Notes: generated by a model from the sequence alone, not told the origin. DNA of 64,000 nt from Bdellovibrionales bacterium RIFOXYD12_FULL_39_22 (GCA_001770205.1 MEQL01000061.1:1-64000), one strand, 5' to 3'; shown: positions 39,550 through 50,522, numbered from the stretch's first letter. Numbers and translations: made by a program.

Positions 39550-41301
39550 TCACCAATCCTTTCGATTATTTGATCCCAATTGTTGCTTTTTCGTTTGATA
39601 ATATTTTTTTTGAACTTCCCGATCATCACTTAATAATTGCTTCAAAAGGGCCGGAACCTTGGCCATCTTGCGCTTTTGTTCAATATTTTTTTCAAACTCT
39701 TCTAGAGAAGGAGGGGGTGGCGGTTGCTCAGATTCCTTGTCTCCTTTTTTCCCTTCCTCTTTTTTTTCCTTTTCTTCTTTTTTGTTTTTTTCGTTTTTAT
39801 CATCTTCTCCGGCAGATTCACCTTGGCCTGATCCCTTTTTTTGTTTTTCTCCTTGTGATTTTGAAGAAGATGAAGATTCATCTTCGTTTTTTTCCTTTTC
39901 GCCTCCCTTTCCTTTTCCATTTCCATTTAAGGAGAGTGCTAATAATACGTTCTTACGCATTTCTGATAAGATCTTATCGTCGGCCACCATACTTTCATTT
40001 AATTGACTGGCCAATAATTTATAGCGCATTATTCCATCACGCAAATTCTTTTTCTTAAGATGTGCGGTTGCTACATTGAAGCGAACTTCTTTGTCTGCAT
40101 CGTTTATATTTTTTATATTTTCACCATAAAGTGTAAGTGCCTTGTCAGTTTCATCATTGCGCAATAATTTCTCGGCCAAAGACAAACGTTCTTTTTGAGA
40201 TAATTCTCCTTTTTTCAGCTTGTCCAACATTTTATTTAATTGTCGATCTGCTTGCGTAGTTGACGCATAGATTTTGCTATTGAAGGAAAAGGCCATAACA
40301 ACAATCGCAACAACAGAAACTACTTTGAATGTTTTAAATAATGAAAAAAACACACTGAGAATGAATAATGCTATTGCCGGGATTAGTAGATAGTTAACCA
40401 GAACTGGCCGCGAAGAAATAGTTCCTTTTTTTAATTTTTCCTTATAAATATCCCGAAAAAATTTCAATATTTCATTTGAATAAACACCATCCGAAAGCGG
40501 AATCCAATATTTGAATTCTTTAAAATTATTGCCAAGATCAATTATTGATCGCTCGCTTAAGGCGGAAACGACCAACGAACCTTGATATCGTTTAAAATCG
40601 TTTAAAACGCCACTGGATAGTCGTTGTGGGATATTCCCCCCACGAACCGTTCCCACGCCAATCGCCGCAACCACAATTGAAGAAGGTAGTCTTAACTGCT
40701 CTCTCGCATCATGAAATTCAAAGTCACTAATGGCCAAAATATTGCCAGTGATTTCTGTTAAATCATCACTCATCTCTCGAAAATATTGCACACTCTCATT
40801 TAATGCCGATTTTAAATTAGAGCCACCTCCCACTACACTTAATTCATCCAGTGCCGCCAAGCGAGAATCCAAGAGATCTAAATCATCGGTAAAGGGGACA
40901 ATCCGTCTCTGAATATCTGAAAATAAAACAATTGCAATTTTATGTCCCACTGAATTTTTAACAAAATGGCGGGCCAGCATAATTGCACGTTTAAATCGAT
41001 TAGGAGTTACGTCTTCCACCAACATACTCTCAGAATTATCAATTAAAATGATGGTGTTTTGCTCCATAACGTTAGCAGAAGTGGATACTTCTTCTCCGCG
41101 AAGGTCCAACAAGGATAAGATGAAAAGGGCCATTGAAAAAAGATAAGTTAAACGACAAATCAAACTCATTTTGCTTGGACGATAAAACCAATATTTTTTA
41201 ACCCAAACAAAAAACTTATGATCATTGGCCCAAATAATCATACCGAGCAAAATTATGCCCAGAAGATATATAGAGAGATATTCTCGATATATGAAGTTCA
41301 T
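39550..41301 (-). CDS. batB: BatB-like VWA protein fused to TPR/charged BatC-like tail
   Basis: MIDAS DNSESM, PNRF, PFTDD; E/K-rich tail ending KDW. Confidence 0.8.
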   Translation of the reverse strand: MNFIYREYLSIYLLGIILLGMIIWANDHKFFVWVKKYWFYRPSKMSLICRLTYLFSMALFILSLLDLRGEEVSTSANVMEQNTIILIDNSESMLVEDVTPNRFKRAIMLARHFVKNSVGHKIAIVLFSDIQRRIVPFTDDLDLLDSRLAALDELSVVGGGSNLKSALNESVQYFREMSDDLTEITGNILAISDFEFHDAREQLRLPSSIVVAAIGVGTVRGGNIPQRLSSGVLNDFKRYQGSLVVSALSERSIIDLGNNFKEFKYWIPLSDGVYSNEILKFFRDIYKEKLKKGTISSRPVLVNYLLIPAIALFILSVFFSLFKTFKVVSVVAIVVMAFSFNSKIYASTTQADRQLNKMLDKLKKGELSQKERLSLAEKLLRNDETDKALTLYGENIKNINDADKEVRFNVATAHLKKKNLRDGIMRYKLLASQLNESMVADDKILSEMRKNVLLALSLNGNGKGKGGEKEKNEDESSSSSKSQGEKQKKGSGQGESAGEDDKNEKNKKEEKEKKEEGKKGDKESEQPPPPPSLEEFEKNIEQKRKMAKVPALLKQLLSDDREVQKKYYQTKKQQLGSNNRKDW

Positions 41302-42272
41302 ATACTTTCTCGCAAAATCAATTTTCGAATAAGCTCTACTCCAAAAAGTAGTGTCACTCCCACAAGTAAATAGTACCAGAACTTTTCATCATAAATTATC
41401 TTTCCACGAGTATCCACTTCTGATTTTTCCAACTTACTAATCTCTGACATAACGGACGCTAGCGTTCGCTCATCTGCGGCCACATATGCTTTTGCCTGAG
41501 TGATGGCCGCCATCTCTTGTAATGTATTTAGATCATAACTTCCACCGGGGATGGTGCGATAAGTTGTATTTCCGTAAAGATCCTGGCCAGTTGGAATTTT
41601 AGCATTATCATCTCCGCCAACGGCAATCGTGTATACTTTTACTGAATTTTTTTGTGCTTCTTCGGCGGCCTGCATTGGGGTCATAGTTCCTACATTGCTT
41701 ACCCCATCAGTTAATAAAATAATGATTTTACTTTTAGACATTGAACTACTGGCCCGGGCCACCGCAAGCCCAATGGCATCTCCAATATTGGTTCCACTTC
41801 CTAAAAAACCGGTATTAATTTCTTTCACCATTTGTTTTAAAAGCTTTAGATCAGTAGATAGCGGCATTAAGGTGAATATTTTCTCCGAGAAGGTAATTAT
41901 CCCAATTCGGTCGGTTGGACGCAAATTAATAAAATCTAGAATTTTCTCTTTTGCCACTTCTAATCTATTGGGTTTGAAATCATCGGCCAGCATAGAGGCC
42001 GAAACATCTACTACAAAAAAAATATCTCGAACTTCAATTTTGTCTTTAGATACTCCTGCGGGGATTCGCGGATTTGTCATCGCAATACCAATATAAACCC
42101 AGCCACTAATTCCTATTAAAAACAGCAGGGCCCTTGCAATAAATAATTTGCGAATAATGAATTTATCCGGCAAATATATCTCTGGCCGCTTTAATAGCTT
42201 CCAAAATCCAATAGACCAAAAGAGAGCACCTAGCACGGCCCAGGCGGCCATAGTTATACTTTTATATTCCAT
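41298..42272 (-). CDS. batA: BatA VWA-domain protein
   Basis: DVSASM, PNRL, TNIGDAI, LLTDG, VYTIAVG. Confidence 0.9.
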   Translation of the reverse strand: MEYKSITMAAWAVLGALFWSIGFWKLLKRPEIYLPDKFIIRKLFIARALLFLIGISGWVYIGIAMTNPRIPAGVSKDKIEVRDIFFVVDVSASMLADDFKPNRLEVAKEKILDFINLRPTDRIGIITFSEKIFTLMPLSTDLKLLKQMVKEINTGFLGSGTNIGDAIGLAVARASSSMSKSKIIILLTDGVSNVGTMTPMQAAEEAQKNSVKVYTIAVGGDDNAKIPTGQDLYGNTTYRTIPGGSYDLNTLQEMAAITQAKAYVAADERTLASVMSEISKLEKSEVDTRGKIIYDEKFWYYLLVGVTLLFGVELIRKLILRESI

Positions 42273-43074
42273 ACATTCTTTTTAAATTGGCCTCCGCTTT
42301 ACTTGCAAGTACCCGCAATTCATTGAGATCCTTTTTCGACCAATCTTTCTGATATCGAATTATAGCAATTTTTTTTATTAGTTGATCGAAATCACCATCT
42401 CCCACAATATAACGTTGCAGTTGTTCTTTTTGGTTATAAAGGGATTCAAATCCAGGCCGCGTTACGGCCCTAAATTGTCTAAGCTGTTTTAAAACTTCCC
42501 TCCGGTGCTTGATTTCTAATTTTCTTTTTTCACGAGAAACCATTCTCCGCTGGGCAATAAAAATTAATAAAACTATTGCTACACTTCCGACAAAAATCGA
42601 CGGCCAAAAAGAAAGCGAAAACGGTGATGTTACTTTTTGCTCCAAAATGACATACTCCCGCGGAGGGACTTCTTCCGTCTTTCCAATAATAAGATCTTTA
42701 ATTTTTAGTGGAATGTTTTTGTTTTCCCAATTCCAAATGTAAAACTGTGTGGGGGAAAAATTCTTTTTCAAAATTGCTGTTACTATAAGTTCTAGGACTT
42801 CTGCATTATTTTCGGATTGTCGAATTTCATCTACTGAAACAATATAAAACAGTCCTAAAAAATCATGATTTTCAAGCTGCAGAAACTTTTTTGCATCGTC
42901 ATCACTTCCGACATATGGCCAAAGCTGAATTACTCCGTCAAAAATTTCTCCCGGTAAAATAACCTTGCTAGGGGATTCGCTGGGGCGAAAAACCGCCTCC
43001 CATTCTTCACCATTAGCAAAATTTGCAGTAATTAGCATGACAAAAATGATCAGGACACTTTGCCAACATTTCAT
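42262..43074 (-). CDS. Membrane-anchored hypothetical protein of the bat operon
   Basis: Signal peptide plus TM; lies between DUF58 and batA. Confidence 0.7.
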   Translation of the reverse strand: MKCWQSVLIIFVMLITANFANGEEWEAVFRPSESPSKVILPGEIFDGVIQLWPYVGSDDDAKKFLQLENHDFLGLFYIVSVDEIRQSENNAEVLELIVTAILKKNFSPTQFYIWNWENKNIPLKIKDLIIGKTEEVPPREYVILEQKVTSPFSLSFWPSIFVGSVAIVLLIFIAQRRMVSREKRKLEIKHRREVLKQLRQFRAVTRPGFESLYNQKEQLQRYIVGDGDFDQLIKKIAIIRYQKDWSKKDLNELRVLASKAEANLKRMYGI

Positions 43075-43077
43075 TGT

Positions 43078-43926
43078 CTATATCAATCCTTTGATAAATT
43101 CTTCTAAGTAACGTTCGCTAACTTTTAAGCGTTTAAATTTCTTTTCTAAGATGGTGACAACATCATCCTTACTTTTCATATTGATAAGGCCAACATTTTT
43201 TTTAACGACACCTCTACCACTATCTATCAATGTCAAAAAGGGATGGTGCGTATTTTCATCAATAGGTGCCACCATTTGAAAGCAATGAACATTTTTATTG
43301 TATAAAATCCTTTTTAAGGATTTAAGTTCAATAAAATCATTAAAATCTGAAAAAATAACCACTTCTCGACGCTTTCCAATATAGCGCATTACTTTCGATA
43401 TTTTTTCATTTTCAGTTAACATTCCTTGGAACTTATACTCCAAATTTAAAGTTCCATTTTCAAGCAATAATCCTTTTTTTTCTAACGCTGCAACGAAATT
43501 AACAATTCCTTCTTCGCCATTTTTTTTATCAAGAGAAGTAATATCATCGGCTATAATGATAACTTGAATTGTGTCTTGTGTTTCATGTGCCAGTAAAAAA
43601 AGCAAACAGATTAATTCCATTGATGCTTGCAGCTTAGATATTTCATTGGCCCCAGAAAACATTGAGCGAGAAGCGTCTAAAACAACTACAATCTCCACTC
43701 GTCTTTCTTCATCAAATGTCTTTATGTATGGCGTGTTGGTCTTTGCCAAAATTCGCCAATCAATAAAACGCACATCATCTCCCGGCACGTATATCTGATG
43801 TTCCTTAAATTGCAATCCACTCCCGCGAAAATGCGACTTAAGCATCCCGATAGCGTAGGAGTTGGAATTCTTAAAAAGCGAAGATTTTATTTTTGCAACG
43901 CTTTTTTTGACGGCCTGAATGTCCAT
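43078..43926 (-). CDS. DUF58 protein
   Basis: GSGLQF, YVPGDDVRFIDW, DASRSM, FSDF. Confidence 0.92.
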   Translation of the reverse strand: MDIQAVKKSVAKIKSSLFKNSNSYAIGMLKSHFRGSGLQFKEHQIYVPGDDVRFIDWRILAKTNTPYIKTFDEERRVEIVVVLDASRSMFSGANEISKLQASMELICLLFLLAHETQDTIQVIIIADDITSLDKKNGEEGIVNFVAALEKKGLLLENGTLNLEYKFQGMLTENEKISKVMRYIGKRREVVIFSDFNDFIELKSLKRILYNKNVHCFQMVAPIDENTHHPFLTLIDSGRGVVKKNVGLINMKSKDDVVTILEKKFKRLKVSERYLEEFIKGLI

Positions 43927-43956
43927 ATATCTTGTTCCGAATATAACGAACAAATA

Positions 43957-44907
43957 TTAAATAAGTGCCCGCGCAATCTTTGTGGCCATTTCCCCTGCAT
44001 TCATTTTATCGATCGTTGCTTCATAGGATAAAATTATTCTATGTCCTAAAACTTTGGCGGCAATTTTTATTATATGTTCGGGGTTTACAAAATCACGTCC
44101 TTCCATAAAAGCATTGAACTTGGCAATTTTATATAACCAAATACAGGCACGAGGAGATGCTCCGGCCAATATTGCCCCTTCAAATTCTTTAAAATACTTT
44201 TTATTCCCAGGCCTGGTCGCATGAACAATATTGACAATATATTCTTTAACCTTGTCGTCAACATAGACGCCATCTATCGCCTTTTTGGCCTGTAAAAGTA
44301 TATCTGTAGATAATAGCGGAATAATTTCTTCCGACTGTTTTTTATCAAAATCTAAAATCTGTTTTTCGGCAGCAAAGTCGGGGTAATCAATATTCAACTT
44401 CATCATAAATCGATCCATCTGTGCTTCTGGCAATCGATACGTTCCCTCTTGATCAATAGGATTTTGCGTCGCCAACACAACAAAAGGGGAGGATAGCTTA
44501 TGAGTTTCTTCTCCAATGGTGACCTGTTTTTCGGCCATTGCCTCTAATAGCGCTGATTGCACTTTGGCCGGTGAGCGATTTATCTCATCTGCCAAAAGAA
44601 TCTGTGTAAAAATTGGCCCAAACTTAGTTATAAACTCTTCGTTTTGCTGACTATAAATCATGGTACCAATCAAATCAGAGGGCAAAAGATCTGGAGTGAA
44701 CTGAATACGCTTAAAGGAGACATCACAAAGTTTACTCATAGTAGAAACACTCAGTGTTTTCCCCAATCCTGGCATTCCCTCTATTAAAAGATGTCCGTCG
44801 CAAACTAAAGCTGCCACGATAGATTCTAACATTTCATCTTGTCCAAAAATTATTTTTTTGGCACGCTTTAGGGCACCCTCTAGCTTGTCTTTTGAAGAAA
44901 AATCCAT
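43957..44907 (-). CDS. moxR: MoxR AAA+ ATPase
   Basis: GMPGLGKT, RIQFTPDLLPSD, LADEINR, ATQNP, LPEAQMDRF. Confidence 0.97.
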   Translation of the reverse strand: MDFSSKDKLEGALKRAKKIIFGQDEMLESIVAALVCDGHLLIEGMPGLGKTLSVSTMSKLCDVSFKRIQFTPDLLPSDLIGTMIYSQQNEEFITKFGPIFTQILLADEINRSPAKVQSALLEAMAEKQVTIGEETHKLSSPFVVLATQNPIDQEGTYRLPEAQMDRFMMKLNIDYPDFAAEKQILDFDKKQSEEIIPLLSTDILLQAKKAIDGVYVDDKVKEYIVNIVHATRPGNKKYFKEFEGAILAGASPRACIWLYKIAKFNAFMEGRDFVNPEHIIKIAAKVLGHRIILSYEATIDKMNAGEMATKIARALI

Positions 44908-44924
44908 TGCATTCTCTCTTTGCT

Positions 44925-45734
44925 TTATTTATTAATTTCTTTCTCGGCAATTTTTTCATTTACCTTGTAATCATAAAAAGTTATTTCTGTGCGATTGCTT
45001 TTTGCCTCTTTGCCACTTCCATCAACGGTAGTGATACCCAAAAGTTCCGGAAGCAGAAAGCCTTGATACTTACTATAGTTCAAATCATACTCCATTTTAG
45101 TTTCTAAATTTCCTTGCTTAAGCAATATCTCCATATTGGTTACAAGCCATTTTCCGTTAGAGTCATTTCGTGACTCCATTTGTAGTTTTGATGTACGAAT
45201 ACCTCCGGGAGCATAGGTATTTAACGAACTCAATTTTCCATTATTTTCAAAGTGCATCACAACACGATTAGTATCTAATTTACCTGTTGGATCTGTTCCT
45301 TCGATTTCTACTCCTGTGGCCATTCTTTTTAATTTTAAATTGTATTTAAAAAAGCGGTTGGTAAGCCGCTCAGGAATAACAAAATCTAAACGGGTACGAA
45401 CAATTTGCTTTAATTCGCTCTTTATGGCCTCAAAGCCAGGAGGGAGTCCATAGACCTCTATTTTGTAGGTGTCTGGAAATAACCAGTAGATAGAAAAATA
45501 GATATCTTTTATCTCTCCTAAAACTTTTTTACTGTTTAACATTTCTGCCAGTTTTGAGATTCTTATTTTAAATGCTAAATCTCTCAGCCCGACTGCTTCG
45601 GGGTGATACATTCCGATGTCGAAACGCTCAATGACTTTATCAGCATCACTCCCGGCACCCATCGCCGTATTATAAGAAATTAGCTGCCCCAAAATTGATA
45701 TAAAAAAAATCAATCTAGTAAAATAACAAAACAT
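44925..45734 (-). CDS. Secreted hypothetical protein (beta-rich)
   Basis: Signal peptide-like N-terminus; AAGGAG RBS before ATG 45734. Confidence 0.65.
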   Translation of the reverse strand: MFCYFTRLIFFISILGQLISYNTAMGAGSDADKVIERFDIGMYHPEAVGLRDLAFKIRISKLAEMLNSKKVLGEIKDIYFSIYWLFPDTYKIEVYGLPPGFEAIKSELKQIVRTRLDFVIPERLTNRFFKYNLKLKRMATGVEIEGTDPTGKLDTNRVVMHFENNGKLSSLNTYAPGGIRTSKLQMESRNDSNGKWLVTNMEILLKQGNLETKMEYDLNYSKYQGFLLPELLGITTVDGSGKEAKSNRTEITFYDYKVNEKIAEKEINK

Positions 45735-45892
45735 GCTAGAAACTCCTTCGCCGGTTGTGCAACCTTTGCCCAACTTCAATTACTCTGATCCATATTAATT
45801 ATTATAGTCAATATCGTGCCCAAGTATAGATTGAGCGCAACTGCTTAATTTTTGCCGACCACTAAATAATTATGAGAATACAATCAAAATAC

Positions 45893-47269
45893 TCAAGAAT
45901 TTTTAAAGGCCACCCGTTGCCAATTTTCTTGATAAAAAACAGATATATTTTTTGCTTTTTTTGGCAAAACACTTCCGGGAGATCCGCGAACTCCTTTGAT
46001 GTTTTTTACTTGCGTAAAAATTAATGGAATAGTCATCAACTCAAGTTTACTGTGATAGCGAATAATTGATCCAATAATGGCAAAATCGTCTGGACGAAGA
46101 TGGCCATTTTTGCTTATTTTCACAATCGCATGCGCACTATGATATCCGGCAAGATGAAACCAGTAATCTTCTTTATTGGCAATTTTACTTCGTAAATAGT
46201 CGTTAGAGGTACTGTCTTTTCCCACTAAAATTTTAATTCTATCCTCTAAAAAATATTCTTCAATATTAAATTTGGCACTTCCTTTTTGTCCTAAATTTTT
46301 AGATTTTTTCTGCTCTTTACCATCATACCACTCTGGATTTATCGTTTTTACTTTTTGATCCAACTGAACGTTTGGGGAATTGTTCAAAAGTGCTGTCAGC
46401 TCCCGCACTGTCTCCTGTTCCCGCAAAGAGAGAGCTGCCTCCGCGGCCTTAAAAGATTTTATCTTATTAAATATAATATCTCTTTTCCTATATAAATTAT
46501 TTTCTCCTTGTAGTTTGATTTTTACCCCACATAAAACAACTTCTTGATTATTACTAAGATCAAGATGGCCTGAATTCATCTCTCGCATCATCTCCGGCCA
46601 TTGCTGCAATAGATGCAAATCTTCTCTTATTTTTTTGATTTTTTTTTCTAAAAATTTTTTCTTTTTACTGTCATGTTTTACCACCAAAAAATTTTTTTGA
46701 TATTCATTCAAATAATTTTCTAGAAAAGTATCTGCCGCGGCATCGACCTTTTTTTCATGGGAAATTTCCTTTCTACCAACAGCATCAAAAAAATCAAAAA
46801 GTTGTTGCTGATTAAAATCTCCGCATATTTCCTCTTTTAACCACGAGCAAAAAACTCTATGGGTACTCTCCTCCTCTTTAATAAAACTATTGAGAAAATA
46901 AGCTTTTCTTCCGCTATAAAAAAGGGCAAAAAAATTCTGATTTCCTCGGTACTGATAGGAAATCCCGATTGCTCTGTCCTTGTCATCCAAAACAATTTCT
47001 TGCAAAAAACTGTTTTCTAAAAATTTTCGCAAATACATTAAAAACTTATCTTGAATTCGCATAAGCGAATCTGGCCGACGATTACTCCACCATAATCCCT
47101 CATAGTGGTTTCCCCGTCCTAAATATAAATAGACGCTTTTCCCGGGATAGCGAATAGCAATCGCGACTAGGTGAGGGGTGCTGAAAATTTTTTGCAGTTG
47201 CCCGGGCCCATTATATTTTTGTAAATAGGCTTTCAAGTTATTGCTTACTGTTTTATAATCCAAAATCAT
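45893..47269 (-). CDS. rqcH: RqcH/NFACT (FbpA-like) ribosome quality control protein
   Basis: NFACT-N (LQKI, FLMYLRKFL, DKDR) and NFACT-R (GKDSTSNDYL, DYWFH, SAHAIV, PGSV). Confidence 0.8.
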   Translation of the reverse strand: MILDYKTVSNNLKAYLQKYNGPGQLQKIFSTPHLVAIAIRYPGKSVYLYLGRGNHYEGLWWSNRRPDSLMRIQDKFLMYLRKFLENSFLQEIVLDDKDRAIGISYQYRGNQNFFALFYSGRKAYFLNSFIKEEESTHRVFCSWLKEEICGDFNQQQLFDFFDAVGRKEISHEKKVDAAADTFLENYLNEYQKNFLVVKHDSKKKKFLEKKIKKIREDLHLLQQWPEMMREMNSGHLDLSNNQEVVLCGVKIKLQGENNLYRKRDIIFNKIKSFKAAEAALSLREQETVRELTALLNNSPNVQLDQKVKTINPEWYDGKEQKKSKNLGQKGSAKFNIEEYFLEDRIKILVGKDSTSNDYLRSKIANKEDYWFHLAGYHSAHAIVKISKNGHLRPDDFAIIGSIIRYHSKLELMTIPLIFTQVKNIKGVRGSPGSVLPKKAKNISVFYQENWQRVAFKNS

Positions 47270-49649
47270 GAGACTAAACTTACTAAACAATCCCGACTTT
47301 GCAAATCTGCAATATCTTGATTGGGAACTTATTCTAAACGATCTTTCTTCCTCCTTGTTTTTTGAAAGTGGAATGGAGACAATTCGCAATGGATTAAGTC
47401 ATCGGCCGCTTTCTGCTATTAATCAGCAATATGATTCTATTGATTTCTTTTTTCAGAAAGTTGATAGATTAGAAGAGTTGCGCACTATTATACTTTATCA
47501 TCACATACCGAAAAAAATTAATTTTCAGATTAAATTATCGGCCATATTAAAAGCAATAATTTTACCTGTTGATGAAATGAATTTTTTTGCCAATATTTTT
47601 GAGAGTTTTACCCAACTAGAGCGAGAAGTTCACAACGCTCCTTTTCTACTTTCATCTCGACAATCTCTTGATCAAAATAAGTATAGAAAAATCAAGCAAA
47701 CCTTTGTAGCACCACTGCGCTCTTTTGTAGATGTTCACTCCAATATCGATTACCAAGGGCATCCAGCACTGGCACCTATTTATGCCAAAATACTAAAAGT
47801 TGAGCGCAATATTAAAGATCAAATTAGGGCGTTTATTAAATCTGCAAACATCGCCAATATTTTACAGTATGATAATTACGATATTATCAATGATCACTAC
47901 GTTATCCCTATTCGCTCCGACAGTTATAATGCTGGCCTTGGCAAAATTATTGCGCGCTCTTCCACTGGGCAAACTCTCTATGTAACCCCCTTTATTATTT
48001 TAGATCTATCTAATGAGTTACTAATTTTAAAGGCCAGCTTAGAAAAGGCCATTAATGATATTTTGTCAGAGCTATCAGTGGTAATTCAAGAACACGCTGA
48101 GGAATTTTCTTATTTATATGGCCAACTAGAGTTGTTTGATCAATATGTGGCCAAAACTCTATTTTGTGCCAAGTACAATCTGACTCGCCCTGTTTTTTCT
48201 GAAAAATTTGTTATTGAACTTGAAGATTTTTTTCATCCCCTTATTTCTCGTCCAGTGAAAAATTCATTACGCCTAGGCCATACTTCCTCCGGATTAATTA
48301 TTTCTGGCCCCAACACTGGTGGAAAAACCGTCGTACTTAAAACCATCTCTCTTTGTTATCTTTTCGTTCAAATGGGCCTATATGTTCCGGCCTCCCATGC
48401 CACCCTTTCAAACATCACCGGACTCTTTTATTTTTCCAACGATCAGCAAGATTTACGCCAAGGACTAAGCTCTTTTGCCGCCGAAGTCCGAAATTATTTG
48501 CAACTAGTAAATGAGCTTAGTGAAACAAATGTCGTTTTGATTGATGAAATTTTTAATTCTACTTCCTCCGATGAGGCCTCGGCATTGGCGCTGGCATTAT
48601 TAGAAGAAATTCATGCCCGCTCCCAATCCAAAATAATTATATCTACCCATCATCAAATTCTAAAAACCTCTATTCATAACGACACTCGCTATATTTCTGC
48701 GCATGTAGGAATTGATAATCAAACGGCACTACCCAACTACCGTCTTTTTTGTGATGGCCCGGGCAGCTCCATGGCCATGGCCATTTTTAAAAATATCTCT
48801 GCTAATTTTCATTTTATCACCGACATCTTTGGCAACTTTAGTAGACGCCTAGATCAAAAACAAAAGACCTACGATCGCCTGCTTGAAGAGCTTTCAAAAA
48901 AGAAAGCTGAGCTAGACAAACTACTCAGTGAAAATAAACAGATCAACGAATTTCTCGCCAACCAAAAACGTGCCCAAGAAGGAGCCATCCTTTTAGAAAA
49001 GCAGGCCATCCTTTTGGCCCATGAGAAGAAAATTTCCAAGCTAACGGAACAAGCGCAGGCCCTGCTATCTCATATTCGTGATCTTGAAAAAGCTGAGCGA
49101 AAAAATTGTCTGGCCTCCATTAGCGAAATCAAGGCCGAAATTACCAGTGAAAAAAATGAAGTTTTTTCTAACACACAAGAAAAAGAAAGCGGCCACCTAA
49201 TTAAAATCGACAAATCTCAGTTGATTATTGGCAATAATTATTATTCTCTCTCCCTTAAAAAAAATGTCTCCTTAGATAAAATTAATCTTAAAAAAGGCCA
49301 GGCCAACGTCTCCCACAAAAACCTCTCTTTTGTTCTCCCCCTGGATGATTTAATGGGTAATATCGGATTCAAACAAAAAAGCACACCTCCTCCTGTGGCG
49401 ATAAACATCTCCTCACCTGCACAAATTGAAGTAGACTGTAGAGGCCTAACTCTTGATGAGTTCAAGCAAGTAGTCGAGGGCCAGCTTTCTAACCTAGTAC
49501 TTGAAAATATTCCCTTCGTAAGTCTAATTCATGGACACGGAAATGGTGTTTTAAAAAATTGGCTACGCTCTACTTTTAAAAATGATCCCGCCATCGAGAT
49601 GGTTTTTGATCCCTCCAATGATGGATACACTCAGCTTAAATTGAAATAG
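47268..49649 (+). CDS. mutS2: MutS2 with Smr domain
   Basis: SSTGQTLY, HPL, SGPNTGGKT, LSSF, IDEI, C-terminal DCRG...IHGHGNGVLK. Confidence 0.92.
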   Translation: MRLNLLNNPDFANLQYLDWELILNDLSSSLFFESGMETIRNGLSHRPLSAINQQYDSIDFFFQKVDRLEELRTIILYHHIPKKINFQIKLSAILKAIILPVDEMNFFANIFESFTQLEREVHNAPFLLSSRQSLDQNKYRKIKQTFVAPLRSFVDVHSNIDYQGHPALAPIYAKILKVERNIKDQIRAFIKSANIANILQYDNYDIINDHYVIPIRSDSYNAGLGKIIARSSTGQTLYVTPFIILDLSNELLILKASLEKAINDILSELSVVIQEHAEEFSYLYGQLELFDQYVAKTLFCAKYNLTRPVFSEKFVIELEDFFHPLISRPVKNSLRLGHTSSGLIISGPNTGGKTVVLKTISLCYLFVQMGLYVPASHATLSNITGLFYFSNDQQDLRQGLSSFAAEVRNYLQLVNELSETNVVLIDEIFNSTSSDEASALALALLEEIHARSQSKIIISTHHQILKTSIHNDTRYISAHVGIDNQTALPNYRLFCDGPGSSMAMAIFKNISANFHFITDIFGNFSRRLDQKQKTYDRLLEELSKKKAELDKLLSENKQINEFLANQKRAQEGAILLEKQAILLAHEKKISKLTEQAQALLSHIRDLEKAERKNCLASISEIKAEITSEKNEVFSNTQEKESGHLIKIDKSQLIIGNNYYSLSLKKNVSLDKINLKKGQANVSHKNLSFVLPLDDLMGNIGFKQKSTPPPVAINISSPAQIEVDCRGLTLDEFKQVVEGQLSNLVLENIPFVSLIHGHGNGVLKNWLRSTFKNDPAIEMVFDPSNDGYTQLKLK

Positions 49650-49696
49650 CGCAGTAGCAATAATTTAAAATAATTTAAAATTGATCATGAAAATGA

Positions 49697-50263
49697 TTAT
49701 TTTTCCGATATTTGAAGATAGTGTACGCCACACAGATCTCCCTGTGTTGGTGTAAAATCGTAACCTATTATGGAATCAACTACGTTTATATCTGCGTTTA
49801 TTTGGTCATATAAATCCTGGCAAGCGGTATTATACTCCTCTGTCGTAATCCATATTTCGCCAGTTTTGTAGTGTGAAAAGAGCAACACGGTGGGGTCTTC
49901 AGAATGAATTTCAAGCATGCAGTAGTCGCCATTGGCGGCAGTACGAATGTCATCAAACGACTTCATATATCCGGTATACTTCGATTTATTCAATGTTTTG
50001 GTAACTACTCTAAAAATTCCTTCCGCTTTATTTGCCTTCTCCCACTCTTTTAAATTTTCTATTATTCTTGTTATATCGCCTTGAGCATTTTGGCAGTTAT
50101 CTGCTAAATTCCAATCAACAACTTGATTTGTTGGTACCCCAAATAAACAGCCCTTGCCATCATCGCCGCACAACAGGCCCTTGTATCGAGGGGCGGCCAT
50201 AGCTTTAAATGTTAGTAAAAAAATTGCCATTAAAAAAATTGTCACTAGCTGTTTTTTCCTCAT
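49697..50263 (-). CDS. Secreted hypothetical protein
   Basis: Signal peptide AMA; paired Cys. Confidence 0.7.
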   Translation of the reverse strand: MRKKQLVTIFLMAIFLLTFKAMAAPRYKGLLCGDDGKGCLFGVPTNQVVDWNLADNCQNAQGDITRIIENLKEWEKANKAEGIFRVVTKTLNKSKYTGYMKSFDDIRTAANGDYCMLEIHSEDPTVLLFSHYKTGEIWITTEEYNTACQDLYDQINADINVVDSIIGYDFTPTQGDLCGVHYLQISEK

Positions 50264-50522
50264 CTATGCTCCAATATGATCCTTTCGTTAACGGTTGCTT
50301 TGATTGTAGTTGAATTTTAAAATTTATTTTACTTTTTGAAATTCTTACATGACGGCCATTTCTCCTGTTTAGTAAAGCGACAGTGTTGTAATTACTATCG
50401 GCCGTCAAAATAATAGACACTCTCTCCTTATACTGTATTTTTATAGGACAACCTACTTACTTCAAATTAAGTAGTTAGCACTCTTATTATCGACCAACCT
50501 TTATTCATGGCCGTCACTTCTT

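Noticed and set aside
39570..40058. Several overlapping ORFs in the low-complexity BatB tail
   Set aside because: Artefacts of purine-rich E/K-coding sequence
47270..47389. 40-codon N-terminal extension of RqcH in the ORF track
   Set aside because: Antisense to the MutS2 start; NFACT-like sequence begins at Met41
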